Notes under the pieces: generated by a model
The model's database searches: none
Seen by the model: the letters and a program-made list of their open reading frames with translations, nothing else
What the model was told of the DNA's origin: nothing
Position numbers and translations under genes: made by a program
Part shown: positions 52,681-64,000 of the stretch, one piece after another
Numbering within the stretch: position 1 is the stretch's first letter
How the letters are laid out: every line of letters starts with the position of its first letter
Origin: Mytilus californianus
Taxonomy: Eukaryota
Assembly (NCBI RefSeq): GCF_021869535.1
Contig: NW_026262679.1
Span: 41,168,001 to 41,232,000, forward strand
Length of the DNA: 64,000 nt
Direction of reading: 5' to 3'

Positions 52681-54136
52681 TCTACATAAACTCTTACATG
52701 TAAACTTTATGTACTTAAATGTTTTCATTATTGTTATGTTATATTTATTTCTTCCTTTTATTTTATTAAAATGTGAAAAGTATTTGTTTTTCAAGTTTTT
52801 TTACAATTGTAAATATTTATTCAATTACTCATGACCAATGATGAATGACGTTCAACAATGTATTATCCTTCACTTAGAAAATTTTGTATTGACTGTAAAT
52901 ACTTGAGTTTATTATATCCTCACTACGAGTCCCCTTGCCCGTCCGTTCGTCAAAAAAATATTGTCTTCACACTTTTCTCATGTTCTATTCTTGAACAAAA
53001 TTACTTCAAATTTTGTCGGCAGCTTGTCAGTAATGAGTTGTAACGTGCATGCGCTTTCCGGATCTGTCAGACACCAACTTCCTGTTTGCCGATACTTTGA
53101 ACATTTCAATATGTTGAATTAACTTCGTCACATGATATTATTTATAAAGCCAACAAGTTAAGGAATTGTCCATCAAATCTTTTTTTCCCCTTGATAGACC
53201 TATTCATAAAGGTTATAATTATACTGTTGTTGTTCAATCTTTGAATCTGGTATTTATTAATGTCTTTGAATTAACATCAATTCGCTTATCGATAGTTTGA
53301 AACACTGTTTCTTTTATTCATCTGCATTGCAATTCGGTCTGGACATTCAATCAGGTCATCTGTTACTGTTTATGACGTTTACTTGTGAAATCTTCAGTGA
53401 AATACAGATAACGATATTAAAGCGTAGGGTGGCATGATTTCACATCAGCCCGGTTATATACTTTGAGCTTGCTTTCACTAACTGCGAGCATTTTTTTATA
53501 CGGTAAGATTAACTATTATACTGACATTTCAAGGCTAAGTACTTTTCCTGCAGCGATTTTTATTATACAAGAAAAAACCCGCGCGTGCGCGGCTTGAAGA
53601 CTACTTGAAATGTTTATGGTGATGCACAGCTTGGGTTCGTGTTTCTCAAACAGTTTTTATGCACTGATGCATTATGTTGAGGAAATAACTCAGAGAAGAA
53701 GAAGACAATGTAGAACTCTCTGATGATTTAAAACATTTATTCAGTGGTGCGAGTTCTGTCTCTGTGTGACACGCGTGCTCCGAGAAAGGAGGAATTTACT
53801 AAGATAAGAAGAAAACAATCTAATGATTAAACACATTTCTTCGAGTTTGTTATATTTCTTTTTTTTTTTAGTGGTGCGAGTTTGATAAAGTGATGCAAGT
53901 TGTAATCATTAGTGAGAGTGTTTGAGTGGTGCGAGTTGGCCGTGGGCCGAGTTGTCGGGCAGTACGCGTCGACTGAGCATGCGCGAAAGCGTATAAAACA
54001 CGGATCGATAACGGTCTCCGAATCTGGATATTTTCTCTGTGGAAAAAAGATAGTTTCAAAGACAAATTTAGGAAGTACAAAACACTACATTTATACGTCA
54101 TATCACAAATATTTCCGACTTTGTATGGTTTCAGAT

Positions 54137-54182
<46 letters not shown>

Positions 54183-54793
54183 GTTCTTTTGCTAACCTTT
54201 TGGTTAGTCCACTGGTTGACAGTAAAATATGAAGACAACACTTTATAATTGCATGCGCCCGAAGCAGATGGTCTAAAAAAATTTACTTTAACACCGCCAC
54301 ATGATAATTGGCATATCCCAAGTCAGGAATCTCGTCAGAACTTATCTTTTGTCATATCTTTATGTTTATGGCCATTTTGAGTCATTTGTTGTGGACAACA
54401 AATCTTTAACAATCTCTGTTAAATATGTTCACTTTTCTCCCTTTTTTTTTTTTTTTTTGCGATTTGGAGCTGGATATATTGTGTATTATGGAAGACCGTA
54501 TGTTTACTTCTATAGATGTCTTTTGGTTTTTAAAAAAGTTATGTTCATTTCGAACAGTTTGTTTTGTCGAGCTGCAACCAACCATTAATCTTGTTGGTAT
54601 GGACGGGTGTGGTATTATTATCCATATGCATCATACATAAACTTTTTACTTAAGAACAACAGATCATTTTGTTTACTTCCGTTTGTTCAAAAGTTAGGAT
54701 AAATTCTTCATAATAAGTCAACAGAAGTGTTATACAATTATTGGTTACTCTTATCTTTCGTTACCTATATCTATTGAACCACACTTAGACAAA

Positions 54794-55862
54794 ATGTTGA
54801 AGTTTCTCTGTATTCTAACGTCTTTTTGTATACCTCTTGGATTATTTGTGAATGCTATCCCACAAAGTCAAGGATGTTATAAGAATGGAAAATATTACCA
54901 AGAAGGATCAAAATTTCAGCCCAGACCATGTGAACACTGTAGCTGTAACCAAGGAAATTTTAGTTGTACCATAGATGATTGTTTGGTGACACTTTGCGTT
55001 GATCCAATTTATGACCCAAACAAGTGCTGTCCTATTTGTCCGAACGGTAAGTTTATACCTAAGGTGTGTCAACGTACATATGTTAATGTAGTGCCTTGGC
55101 AGTTCAAACAAATCTATAAACGTAAAAAAAATAGCATGGCAAGTAAGATAACTTTTAATTTAACTGAATGAATGAATGAAAGTACAAAATTAGCTCCTGA
55201 GGTTTCAATAAATGTTCCCGTATAATATAAAGAAGCGAACGGATTGTTTTCTTACTTCAAGACTTTCTTTGTAATGGATGTTGAAACTCACATGTCCGAG
55301 ACAAACTGACAGCGCCATGTCAAAAAACACAAAACGACCAATAGACAAACTTCATTCTGCAAAACACAACATGATCAACACGAACCCCACCATAAACCAG
55401 GAGCGATTGATGTGCTCCGGAAGGTAAACAGATCCTGCTCCACATGTGGCACCGACCGCGATGCTCATCCAAGTACAAACTTGGTGATAGGTTGATAAAA
55501 CACAGATTTTAGTGCGGTTCAGTATCATTGAGGGATTTAAGTTGGTTTTATTTATCTAATTTTCAATATATGGCCAGTGCTTTGTAAAAAAAATAAAAAA
55601 ATACTTTTCATATAAATAGTTTTGTCAACAAATTCTTTTGGATTCTGTAAACTATTAAGTTGTTGACTGGTATGTATCTTTAATTCCAGGACGTAATTGT
55701 TTGGCACGAGATAGAATTATACCAGCCGGTAGAAAAGTTTACCTGAATCAGCATACAGTCTGTCAGTGTCCGGACAGAATAACTCTCGACATGACAGTAT
55801 TGGTGGCAACGTGTTATCAAACTGTAGACAGTCTTCCTATTCACAAGGTTGTTGGAAAATAA
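54794..55862 (+). CDS. Small secreted VWC-domain protein, paralog 1 (141 aa)
   Basis: Exons 54794-55046 and 55690-55862, phase 1, open. Signal peptide, VWC Cys pattern C..C..C.C..C..C..C..CC..C, then a 4-Cys module (GRNC...CQC...ATC). Confidence 0.85.
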
Positions 55863-56719
55863 AAATAAAAACTGAAGTTATAGGTCTTGGTAAATTTGTT
55901 TTATCAATAATTCTCACGACAGCTTATGGTTGCATATTGTATAACTGCTTTATTTGGTCATATTTAGTGTCAGTGTCATGTTAACGCTCATGGCCTATTT
56001 TAGATTAGAACAATACATATTCATCTTTGTTGAGATTTTTTTTTTAAAGAATTCTAGCTTTTCTGTTTTACTTCGATCAGTGGAATAGCAAAGTGCACGT
56101 AAAATACGTTAATTAAAAATGAGTTCAGATAAGCACTGTTCTTTTATATCGGTATGACGGACAACAAAACGTGAGTACAGCTAAAACAATAATATATTAT
56201 ACTGTATCAAACAAACGTAGATCAAAGAGGGCCTGCTTCTTCTGAATTTAAATCACTAATAGTGTCAAAATTCGAAAGTACTCAAAACTTACTTGAATTA
56301 GAATATAAACGACTCTATATAAATCAAACTGTTCCTACTTCCTTTGCTGTTTCATAATCTGAAAATTTATTGGTATTATATTTCCCTTTTTGTATTTATA
56401 CATTTTCTCAAAAGCTCAAAATGCTGTGATAAGTTATAGGGGATATACAATTATCATAATCATAGCATTTAGACAAGATGCATATTTTCACCAAAGTGTT
56501 GACAAAACTCGAAATCGAATGTTCAACTCCAAACCGTCTTAAACTAGCATTAAGCACTGTGAATTTTAGATGGAGGACAGCAATAACAACGTTTTTGTTT
56601 TCTTTTTATTTTGTCAATTAAGTGGTTGTAAGGATTTTGTTTAATGAATTAATGACCATATATCTTCTTTTCTTTCAAAGAATATTCTGATTGAAATAGC
56701 CTGAGTCACTATAAAAATG

Positions 56720-57140
56720 AAAACAACACTTTATAAAATTCATGCGTCCGAAGCGCTTTTCTGGATTAACTGCATCAGTAACGCCTAAAGCCGAATGTGT
56801 GAAAGCCGAGGATTTATAAGAATCGATACAGCTGAAGAGTTATATGACCACAAAGGATCTGAAGATAATAACAAATCCATCTAGATGTAAGTCAACTTTG
56901 CCCGAGGTAGTTGAAACCGTAGTTTCTTAATAATTTATAAATTTATAAACGGACAATTTAAGAACGATTTGTTGTAAATCATTTCAATATCGAAGCGCTG
57001 ACTACTGAGCTGATGATACCATTGGGACTGATAGCCCACCAGCAGCGGTATCGACCCAGTGCTGTAAAAAATTATAAAAAAAAACACTTTGCGTCCGAAT
57101 CGCTTTTCTTTATTTACCTTCATCAGGAACGCTCAAACTT
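56720..57140 (-). ncRNA. Non-LTR retrozyme-like unit: two tandem degenerate type I hammerheads 347 bp apart
   Basis: Minus strand GCGTTC-CTGATGA-AGGTAAATAAA-GAAA-AGCGAT-TC-GGACGC (57132-57091) and GCGTTA-CTGATGC-AGTTAATCCA-GAAA-AGCGCT-TC-GGACGC (56784-56744). Confidence 0.7.
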
Positions 57141-57369
57141 AACTAACCATAATACTTTTAAACAAATTATTTTCATTAAATTTGACATTATGCAAAACAA
57201 AGCATATAGTTATGATTAAAATGCTGAATGTACTGATTTATGGAAAACGGATAATTGGTGTCAATAGAATTAAGTTTTAGAAAACTGTCTAAATCTCTGA
57301 CATTTTACTCCTAGGTAATCGTATTTATAAACAGAAGTTTCTTTTGGTGAACATAGAAGTGATAGCATA

Positions 57370-58760
57370 TATACATGTACACTTTGTGTATAAACTGTTT
57401 GAAACATGACACTATATAGTTCAGACTTCCTACTTGGTTGACGTATAGATCAAGCATTGCTGTTAGAATCATGACACTATATAGTGAAGCCTATACTTGG
57501 TTGACGTAAATGTACACTTTGTGTGCACGGTTGTGCATATAGAAATGACATTGCTGTTTGAAACTTGTCACTATACAGTGAAGATTCTACACTTGTATAC
57601 CTTGTGTGCACATTTTTGCATATAGACTTGATATTGTTGTTATAATCATGATTATACAGTGAAGACATAATCATGACATATATTTAAGGATGTTCGCTCC
57701 TCCTGTTTTGAATTTTTGCCAGATATTCGGAAGTCCCGGGTTTTTTCCATGTAGTGCCATTAAAAATTTGGCCCGCTAACCCCTACTTTTCTTTTCATAA
57801 TTTTATTTCATATAGTTTAAAAAGCCATATCTGAAAATCTTGAAAAATCCTTGTTATTTTTGTCATTGTTTTTGAAAAAAAGGAGGTCAATGTTAAATGT
57901 ACGAAAAATCTAGAGAGAATCATTTCCCGCCAAATTTTCAATGGCTTATATCTCGAAAACAAGCACACGGACCCTTAATTTTTTTCTGCTTTTTTATTTC
58001 CTTTTTTAATATACTATCAATTTATAACAGTCTCTTAAAAAGCTTGTTATTTGGAAACATAGTAGCGAACATCCTTAAGTCTTCCTACTTGGTTGACATA
58101 TAGACTTGACATTGCTATTAGAATCATGACACTATATAGTGAAGTCTCCGTACTTGGTTGACGTAAATGTACACTTTGTGTGCACGGTTGTGCATATAGA
58201 CTTTACATTGTTGTTAGAATCATGACACTATATAGTGAAAACTCCGTACTTGGTTGACGTATAACATGTACACTTTGTGTGCACGGTTGTGCACATAGAC
58301 TTGACATTGTTGTTAGAATCATTACACTATATAGTGAAAACTCCGTACTTAGTTGACGTATATGTAGACTTTGTGTTCACGGTTGTGCACATAGACTTGA
58401 CATTGTTGTTAGAATCATGACACTATATAGTGAAAACTCGGTACTTGGTTGACGTATATATACACTTTGTGTGCACGGTTGTGCATATAGACTTGACATT
58501 GTTGTTAGAATCATGACACTATATAGTGAAAACTCCGTACTTGGTTGACGTATATGTACACTTTGTGTGCACGGTTGTGCACATATACTTGACAGTGTTG
58601 TTAGAATCATGACACTATATAGTGAAAACTCCGTACTTGGTTGAAGTAAATGTGCACTTTGCGTACACGGTTGTGCATACAGACTTGGCATTGTTGCTAG
58701 AATCATGACACTTTATAGTGAAAACTTTAAACTTGGTTGAAGTAAAGGTACAATTTGTGT
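57370..58760. repeat. Tandem array, about 96-bp unit, interrupted by a MITE
   Basis: GTACTTGGTTGACGTA...TAGAATCATGACACTATATAGTGAAAACTCC recurs at about 96-bp spacing across 58150-58730. Degenerate copies lie to the left of the MITE. Confidence 0.9.
57688..58074. mobile_element. Kolobok-type MITE (387 bp)
   Basis: Perfect 11-bp TIR GGATGTTCGCT / AGCGAACATCC, with TTAA at 57684-57687 and 58075-58078. Confidence 0.9.
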
Positions 58761-59208
58761 GCACATGTGCATATATAAAATCTGATTGTATGTTTCAATT
58801 TCATAATTAATTCGTATTTTGACAAATATTCAGAAGATTTGTCTTGTAATTGTTATGAGTAAGGACCGAGAATATAATCATTTTACAAAAAAAAATGTGT
58901 AGCATTTTTCCTCACTATTTTTCCCATTATACGGGTTTCTGTATTTCAAAAACTCCATTGGGAAATTTGCGTAGTAATTTCAAATTTCTAATAAACTTCT
59001 CGCACTTTAACCTGCAATGAACTCTTTATCAAACATTAGCCAATTCAGCCAATTTGTAGATTACAATTAATATTTATATCCGATGAAACTGTTTAATGGG
59101 GAACACAAAGATAATATCAAGAGAACTTTACTGTGGATCACGTTCAACTGATAAGACTTAACGTACTCCAAAAATACATAGACGAACATCGAAACCTATC
59201 GAGAGAAC

Positions 59209-61015
59209 ATGATGAACTTCCTATTACTCAGTGTCCTTATTCTTCCACTTGTTGATTGTGTCGATCCTTTACCGTCCATATCCGTAGTGTCTGGATGCAG
59301 TAAGGATGGTAAATTGTACAAAGAAGGCGAATCTTTCCAGCCCACACCGTGCGAGCATTGCTTCTGTAATGGAGGCAAAGTATTATGTGCGATTACAGAC
59401 TGTTTCATGCCAATGTGCGTGGACGCTGTTCGTGATCCCACAAAATGTTGCTCTGTTTGTCCACATGGTAAGTTACAAACATCATATTACATCTGCATAT
59501 GCATTTCTTTCCTTTTACAATATATCCATCACTTTAGCCTGTATTCGAATCTGTATCGAAAATTTTCTCACGGAGTAAAAAAGAGGCTGGAGATACCAAG
59601 GGGACATTCAAATCTCACAAGTCAAAGAAAAACTGACAACGTCATGGCAAAAACGAAAAACGACAAAAAGACGGACAAATCCATAAGGCACGACATAGAG
59701 AATTAAAGATTGAGTAACACAAACCCCACCAAAAACTCATGTGTTCCTGAAGGGTAAGCAGTTTTTGTGCCACATGTGCACCCGTCGTGTTACTCGTGGA
59801 AGTACAAATCCGGGAAATCTGTTTTAACTATCTGGGAATCTAATCAAATGAAAAAAAAAGAGTTTTAATTTTTTGTTCCAGCTTTCCTTTAATGCAAAAG
59901 ACATGCACTTCTACCAAACCGTTTTAAACATTAGGGCTAAATAACATTTCTATATTTAGATACTTGTAGAAAAGTAGTGGGACAAAACCTTGAATATTCA
60001 AACTTCGTTTGGTTCTATCATTTTGCTATATTGACATTTGCCTTTCGAATTTTAACCATAAGAATACTTAAATCAGTAAAAAAGTGATTATTGAAGTCAA
60101 ATATACAACAGTTTTAAGATAATAATTAGGTTATAGGGGACGATTACTTGAGGAATGAGATACTTTAGCTCCAATGTAATGAAAATTACTTGATAGAAAT
60201 TTATTAGAACACTTTTAAAGTAATTTGTACATTTTGGAAAGAGTTATATTGATATTGACTAAATAATGGGTTTACGCAGCATCAAATATTTAGTAAGGGG
60301 ACTGGATCGTAACCCTTGGCTAGCGAAGATGCATTTCTGTACAATTAACGGGTCCTTTTATTCATTTCACGGATTTTACTTTTTTCAAAGCACGTATATG
60401 ATTTATTAAACGAATTTACACAAAAGGATTACAGAACTGTACATACGTCTTATTTACATATTGCTGAGCTACTACAATGAAAATTTAAGAACAAATTTAA
60501 GATTATGTGTGTAAAATGTCAATAAATAAAGCACCTTACTACTTATTTAGATAAAAGCAACAATTCATTAGACTGTGCTTTTTTTTATAAAAATTCAGTC
60601 GTTAATGGTATGCATGCTTTTTGAAGAAAAAACAGTTATGTTCCCTCAGTGCGTTATTCGACTTGTTTTAGTGCTTTTCCGTGCTCTTTTGGTTACAATT
60701 GTAGGGACTACACAATCACAAATGAATGATATTGTTTCTTGAATTGATGGAAAGTCATCTGTTTACTTGTTTTGTATGTCATTTCTTGTTCGATTGCCGC
60801 ATATCATTTAAGTTTACGCAATTTCTTTACTCAGGCTTGTAATTGCAGGTAGAAATTGCTACGCAGGAAACACAATAATCCAGGCAGGAAAATCTGTAGA
60901 AATAAATGATCATACTACATGCAGCTGTCCGACCAGATTTGGATTTGGAATGACAGCACTGAGAGCTGTGTGTGCAACTAGGGTCGATAGTGTAACTGTT
61001 AAAGTTGTAAACTGA
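59209..61015 (+). CDS. Small secreted VWC-domain protein, paralog 2 (141 aa)
   Basis: Exons 59209-59467 and 60849-61015, phase 1, open. Same architecture as paralog 1; exon 2 reads GRNCYAGNTIIQAG...CSCP...AVC. Confidence 0.88.
59575..59825 (+). repeat. Interspersed repeat family C copy in the paralog 2 intron; related copies at about 55280-55500, 51480-51600 and 44400-44450
   Basis: Shared GATACCA.AGG.ACATTCAAA, ACTGACA.CG.CATG and CACGAACCCCACC motifs. Confidence 0.6.
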
Positions 61016-62086
61016 TTAAATAACTGAGATTTATCAATAATTATTATTTTTCATTCATTTGCATAGTAAGTAAACAACACAGCTGTATTTAACTACGGAG
61101 TGCATCAAGAAACGTTCGTCGACTTTCCAAACTTTCCCGAAATCATGCGTTTAACACCCTTGCAATCAGCCGCACTCACAATGCAAGAGTCATCCGTTAC
61201 GCACGCATACATTTTGATTGCCGAGTTTATGAAGCTTCGGTCCTTGCTTGGAAGTTGGAAGACTCCTTGATGATACTACTTACACGTCATTTCATGTTAC
61301 GTGTAAATAATTAGATATGGGAGACACGTCAATCAGACATTCACCACAAAACACATTCTTGTCAAATATACACATTTAGAGTGTGTTAAATTCTAACTAC
61401 AAGCTACTTAGTACACAATGTTGCCTACTCGCCATCCATACCATTTCATTAATTACTCAACTTATAGAGATGTAAGACTATTTGTTCGTGGTCTTATCTT
61501 ATATCAGTTTCATTGTATTGGTGTTTATTACAGAAAGTGGTGAAATAAATATGTCGTAATATACCTATATTGATTCAAAATGTTGTGGCCAATATGTAAT
61601 GTTTCTAGTTTGTTTCAGTTGGCCAGGGAATTGATGAAGACATGATAGCGTGATGTAGTTGGTTTGCTAGATAATGTTTACCTACTAGATGAATTTTTTT
61701 CTATCAAACTGATCGATTCAAATATCCGTTTTCTGCCATCTGTTTGACTGGGGAAATTTAATTGTCAATTATAAACGTTGTATTCAATAGGTAAAATAGT
61801 TACTTTTAAAGTTTACTTAATACTCGTTATTGACATCTCCTTATTTCTGTGTTGCCTTACTAAAATTACACTTATTCCTGTTTACATATTATGAAAAAAA
61901 TAAAGTATCTAAACATATCTATAATCATTAATTTGGACTACTTTTCAAAGTTTTGTTCTTGGAAAATGAAGTTCTTAATTGTATCGTCCCTTTATACGAT
62001 TTTTCTTCTGTTTTTATTCTTCAACGTTGTTACAGAAAAGATGGTAAACGTGATATCAAAATATTTTTAAAAACCGTGCATAATGA

Positions 62087-62273
62087 ATAGACCTTATCGC
62101 TGTTTTGGGAATCTACGGTACATTAACCGAGAATTTGCGACATTTGATCTTTTGATGTCATATACAACTTTCACATTTCTTCTCTGGCGTCATACATTTT
62201 CTCTTGTGACGTCAGTATTTACGGGAACGGCTGTCACGTGTAGTAATTGTGGGAAAATAGCGATAAGGTCTAT
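62087..62273. mobile_element. 187-bp MITE, superfamily unassigned
   Basis: Perfect 15-bp TIR ATAGACCTTATCGCT / AGCGATAAGGTCTAT. Confidence 0.75.
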
Positions 62274-62619
62274 ATACCAGGTATTGTTCGTAATTACACT
62301 TTTCTGTATTCCAAAAACCCCTTAGAAAATTTGCGAAATTATTTCAAATTTCAAAATAAATAATCGAACTTTAACCCGCAACGAACTCCTTTTAAAACAT
62401 TAGACATTTCAGCAAATTTGTAGATTACAATAAATATCTATATCCGATTGAACAAATGGAACACAAAGATATTATTGTAATATCAGAATTTTGTCTTTGG
62501 CAATTCATAATTTTACTATTTAATATAACATTATCAAGAGAAGTTTAACTGTGGATCAAATCCAACTGATAAGATTATACGTACTCCACAATTACATAAC
62601 ATCGGAACCTATCGAGAAC

Positions 62620-62878
62620 ATGCTGAACTTCCTGTCGTTCAGTGTCCTTATTCTTCCACTTGTTTATGCTGTTGATCCTTTACCGTCCATTAGTGTAGTG
62701 TCTGGATGCAGTAAGGATGGTAAACTTTACAAAGAAGGCGCATCTTTCCAGCCAACACCGTGTGAGCATTGCTTTTGTAATGGAGGCAAAGTAATATGCG
62801 CGATTGCAGACTGTTTCATGCCAATGTGCGTGGACGCTGTACATGATCCCACAAAATGTTGCTCTGTTTGTCCAAATG
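62620..62878 (+). CDS. Small secreted VWC-domain protein, paralog 3, exon 1 (exon 2 expected just beyond the window)
   Basis: MLNFLSFSVLILPLVYA signal peptide plus a VWC domain nearly identical to paralog 2. GT donor at 62879. The intron aligns with the paralog 2 intron to the window end. Confidence 0.85.
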
Positions 62879-64000
62879 GTAAGTTACATATATCATACTA
62901 CATCTGAAATGCATTTTAACGAGTAGTTGAAGTGACCATTGCAAAACATACATGCTCATTTTTTTTCTTTTACGATTTCTTTCTCTTGAGAGTATTAGAC
63001 TAGACTGTATTTTAAAGCGTTATCGAAAATTTTCTAGCAGGGTAATTATTATAAATATCTGGGAATCTTTTCAATAGAAAGACAAAAAATCTTTTCATTT
63101 TTGTTCAAGATGCTTTCTTTCCATGCAAAATTTTACAAAGTTTTTAGCGCTAAATAACATTTAGATTATTTGAATATTTGTGGGGGAAAAGCAAAATTTA
63201 TCGTTTACGCCCTTGAATATTTAAACTTCATCAATTTCTATTCACTTTGCGAAATTGACATTGGCATTCCGAATCATTAGCATAACTTGCTTAGCTTTCC
63301 CATTTAATGTTCTTTTGGTGTTACAAAAGAGTGAAAATTACTTGATAGGAATTTCTTTTAATGCTTTAAAGTAATTCGTACATTTTGAAAAAAGTTATAT
63401 TGAAATTGACTTAATGATGGCTCTTGGCAGTATCAATAGTTTGTAATTTGTCTCGATAGGGGCGATTTTGTGTCCACTTTTGTGTAAAGACTCGTCTCAA
63501 ATGTAGGATCAACGTCGACGAGGCAGCAGCACTAAATCAATTAATCTAGAAGTCCACATTTTTTTTCAAGATTGCTGTCTCATGTCTTTACAATTACGTC
63601 CTATTTTATTCATTTCACTATTTTAACTTTTTTTCAAAACACGTTTATGACTTTTGTTAGCGAATTAACACTGTAGGATTACAGAAATGTAGTAATAAAT
63701 GTGTCGTACTTACAAATTTCTGAGCTACTTCGATCGTTTAAGTTCAAAAATATAAGATGATATGCTTATTATTTCAAAAAATAAAGCACCTTACTCATAT
63801 AAATAAATGCAACAATTCATTAGACCATTCTTTCTATAAAAACCCAGTTATTCATGGTGTGCATGCTTTTTAAAGAAAAAAAGTCTTTCCCCTTAGTGAG
63901 TTCTTCGACAAGTTATATTGCTTTTCCTTGTTCCTCTGGTTACATTTGCAGCGACTACACAGTCATGAACCAATGATGTTTCCGTTTGAATTTATGGAAT

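Noticed and set aside
53570-54010. CpG-rich stretch with repeated GTGGTGCGAGTT and a TATAAAA as the promoter of VWC paralog 1
   Set aside because: It could equally be a transposon remnant, and there is no transcript evidence linking it to the ATG about 800 bp away.
57477-58706. Minus-strand repetitive ORFs (AQPCTQS...)
   Set aside because: Translations of the 96-bp tandem array, whose unit length is a multiple of three.

Overview
This is AT-rich eukaryotic (animal) DNA with spliceosomal introns. The repeat families look like those of bivalve molluscs, most likely the mussel Mytilus; that assignment is an inference from recalled repeat families, not a search. No prokaryotic features, rRNA, true tRNA or CRISPR array were found. 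The first ~48 kb is a stack of nested transposons. The centrepiece is a 19.3-kb DNA transposon (21737-41055) with GG...CC termini, 13/14-bp TIRs and a TTAA target duplication (Kolobok hallmarks), which splits an old CR1/L2-type LINE exactly at a TTAA. It carries an 8-exon gene for a ~885-aa protein: DDE transposase + DEDDh 3'-5' exonuclease + PML-C-terminal-like helical domain. That gene is disabled by one nonsense codon and a 3.4-kb Helentron-associated (HINE-like) insertion. The window also holds a second decayed multi-exon DDE-like gene (DUF6589-like, 769-12226), piggyBac-, Kolobok- and P-type MITEs, a Penelope RT fragment, a 347-bp hammerhead retrozyme-like unit and several tandem arrays. 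The last 16 kb has apparently intact host genes: a single-IgV transmembrane receptor and a tandem cluster of three small secreted VWC-domain genes.
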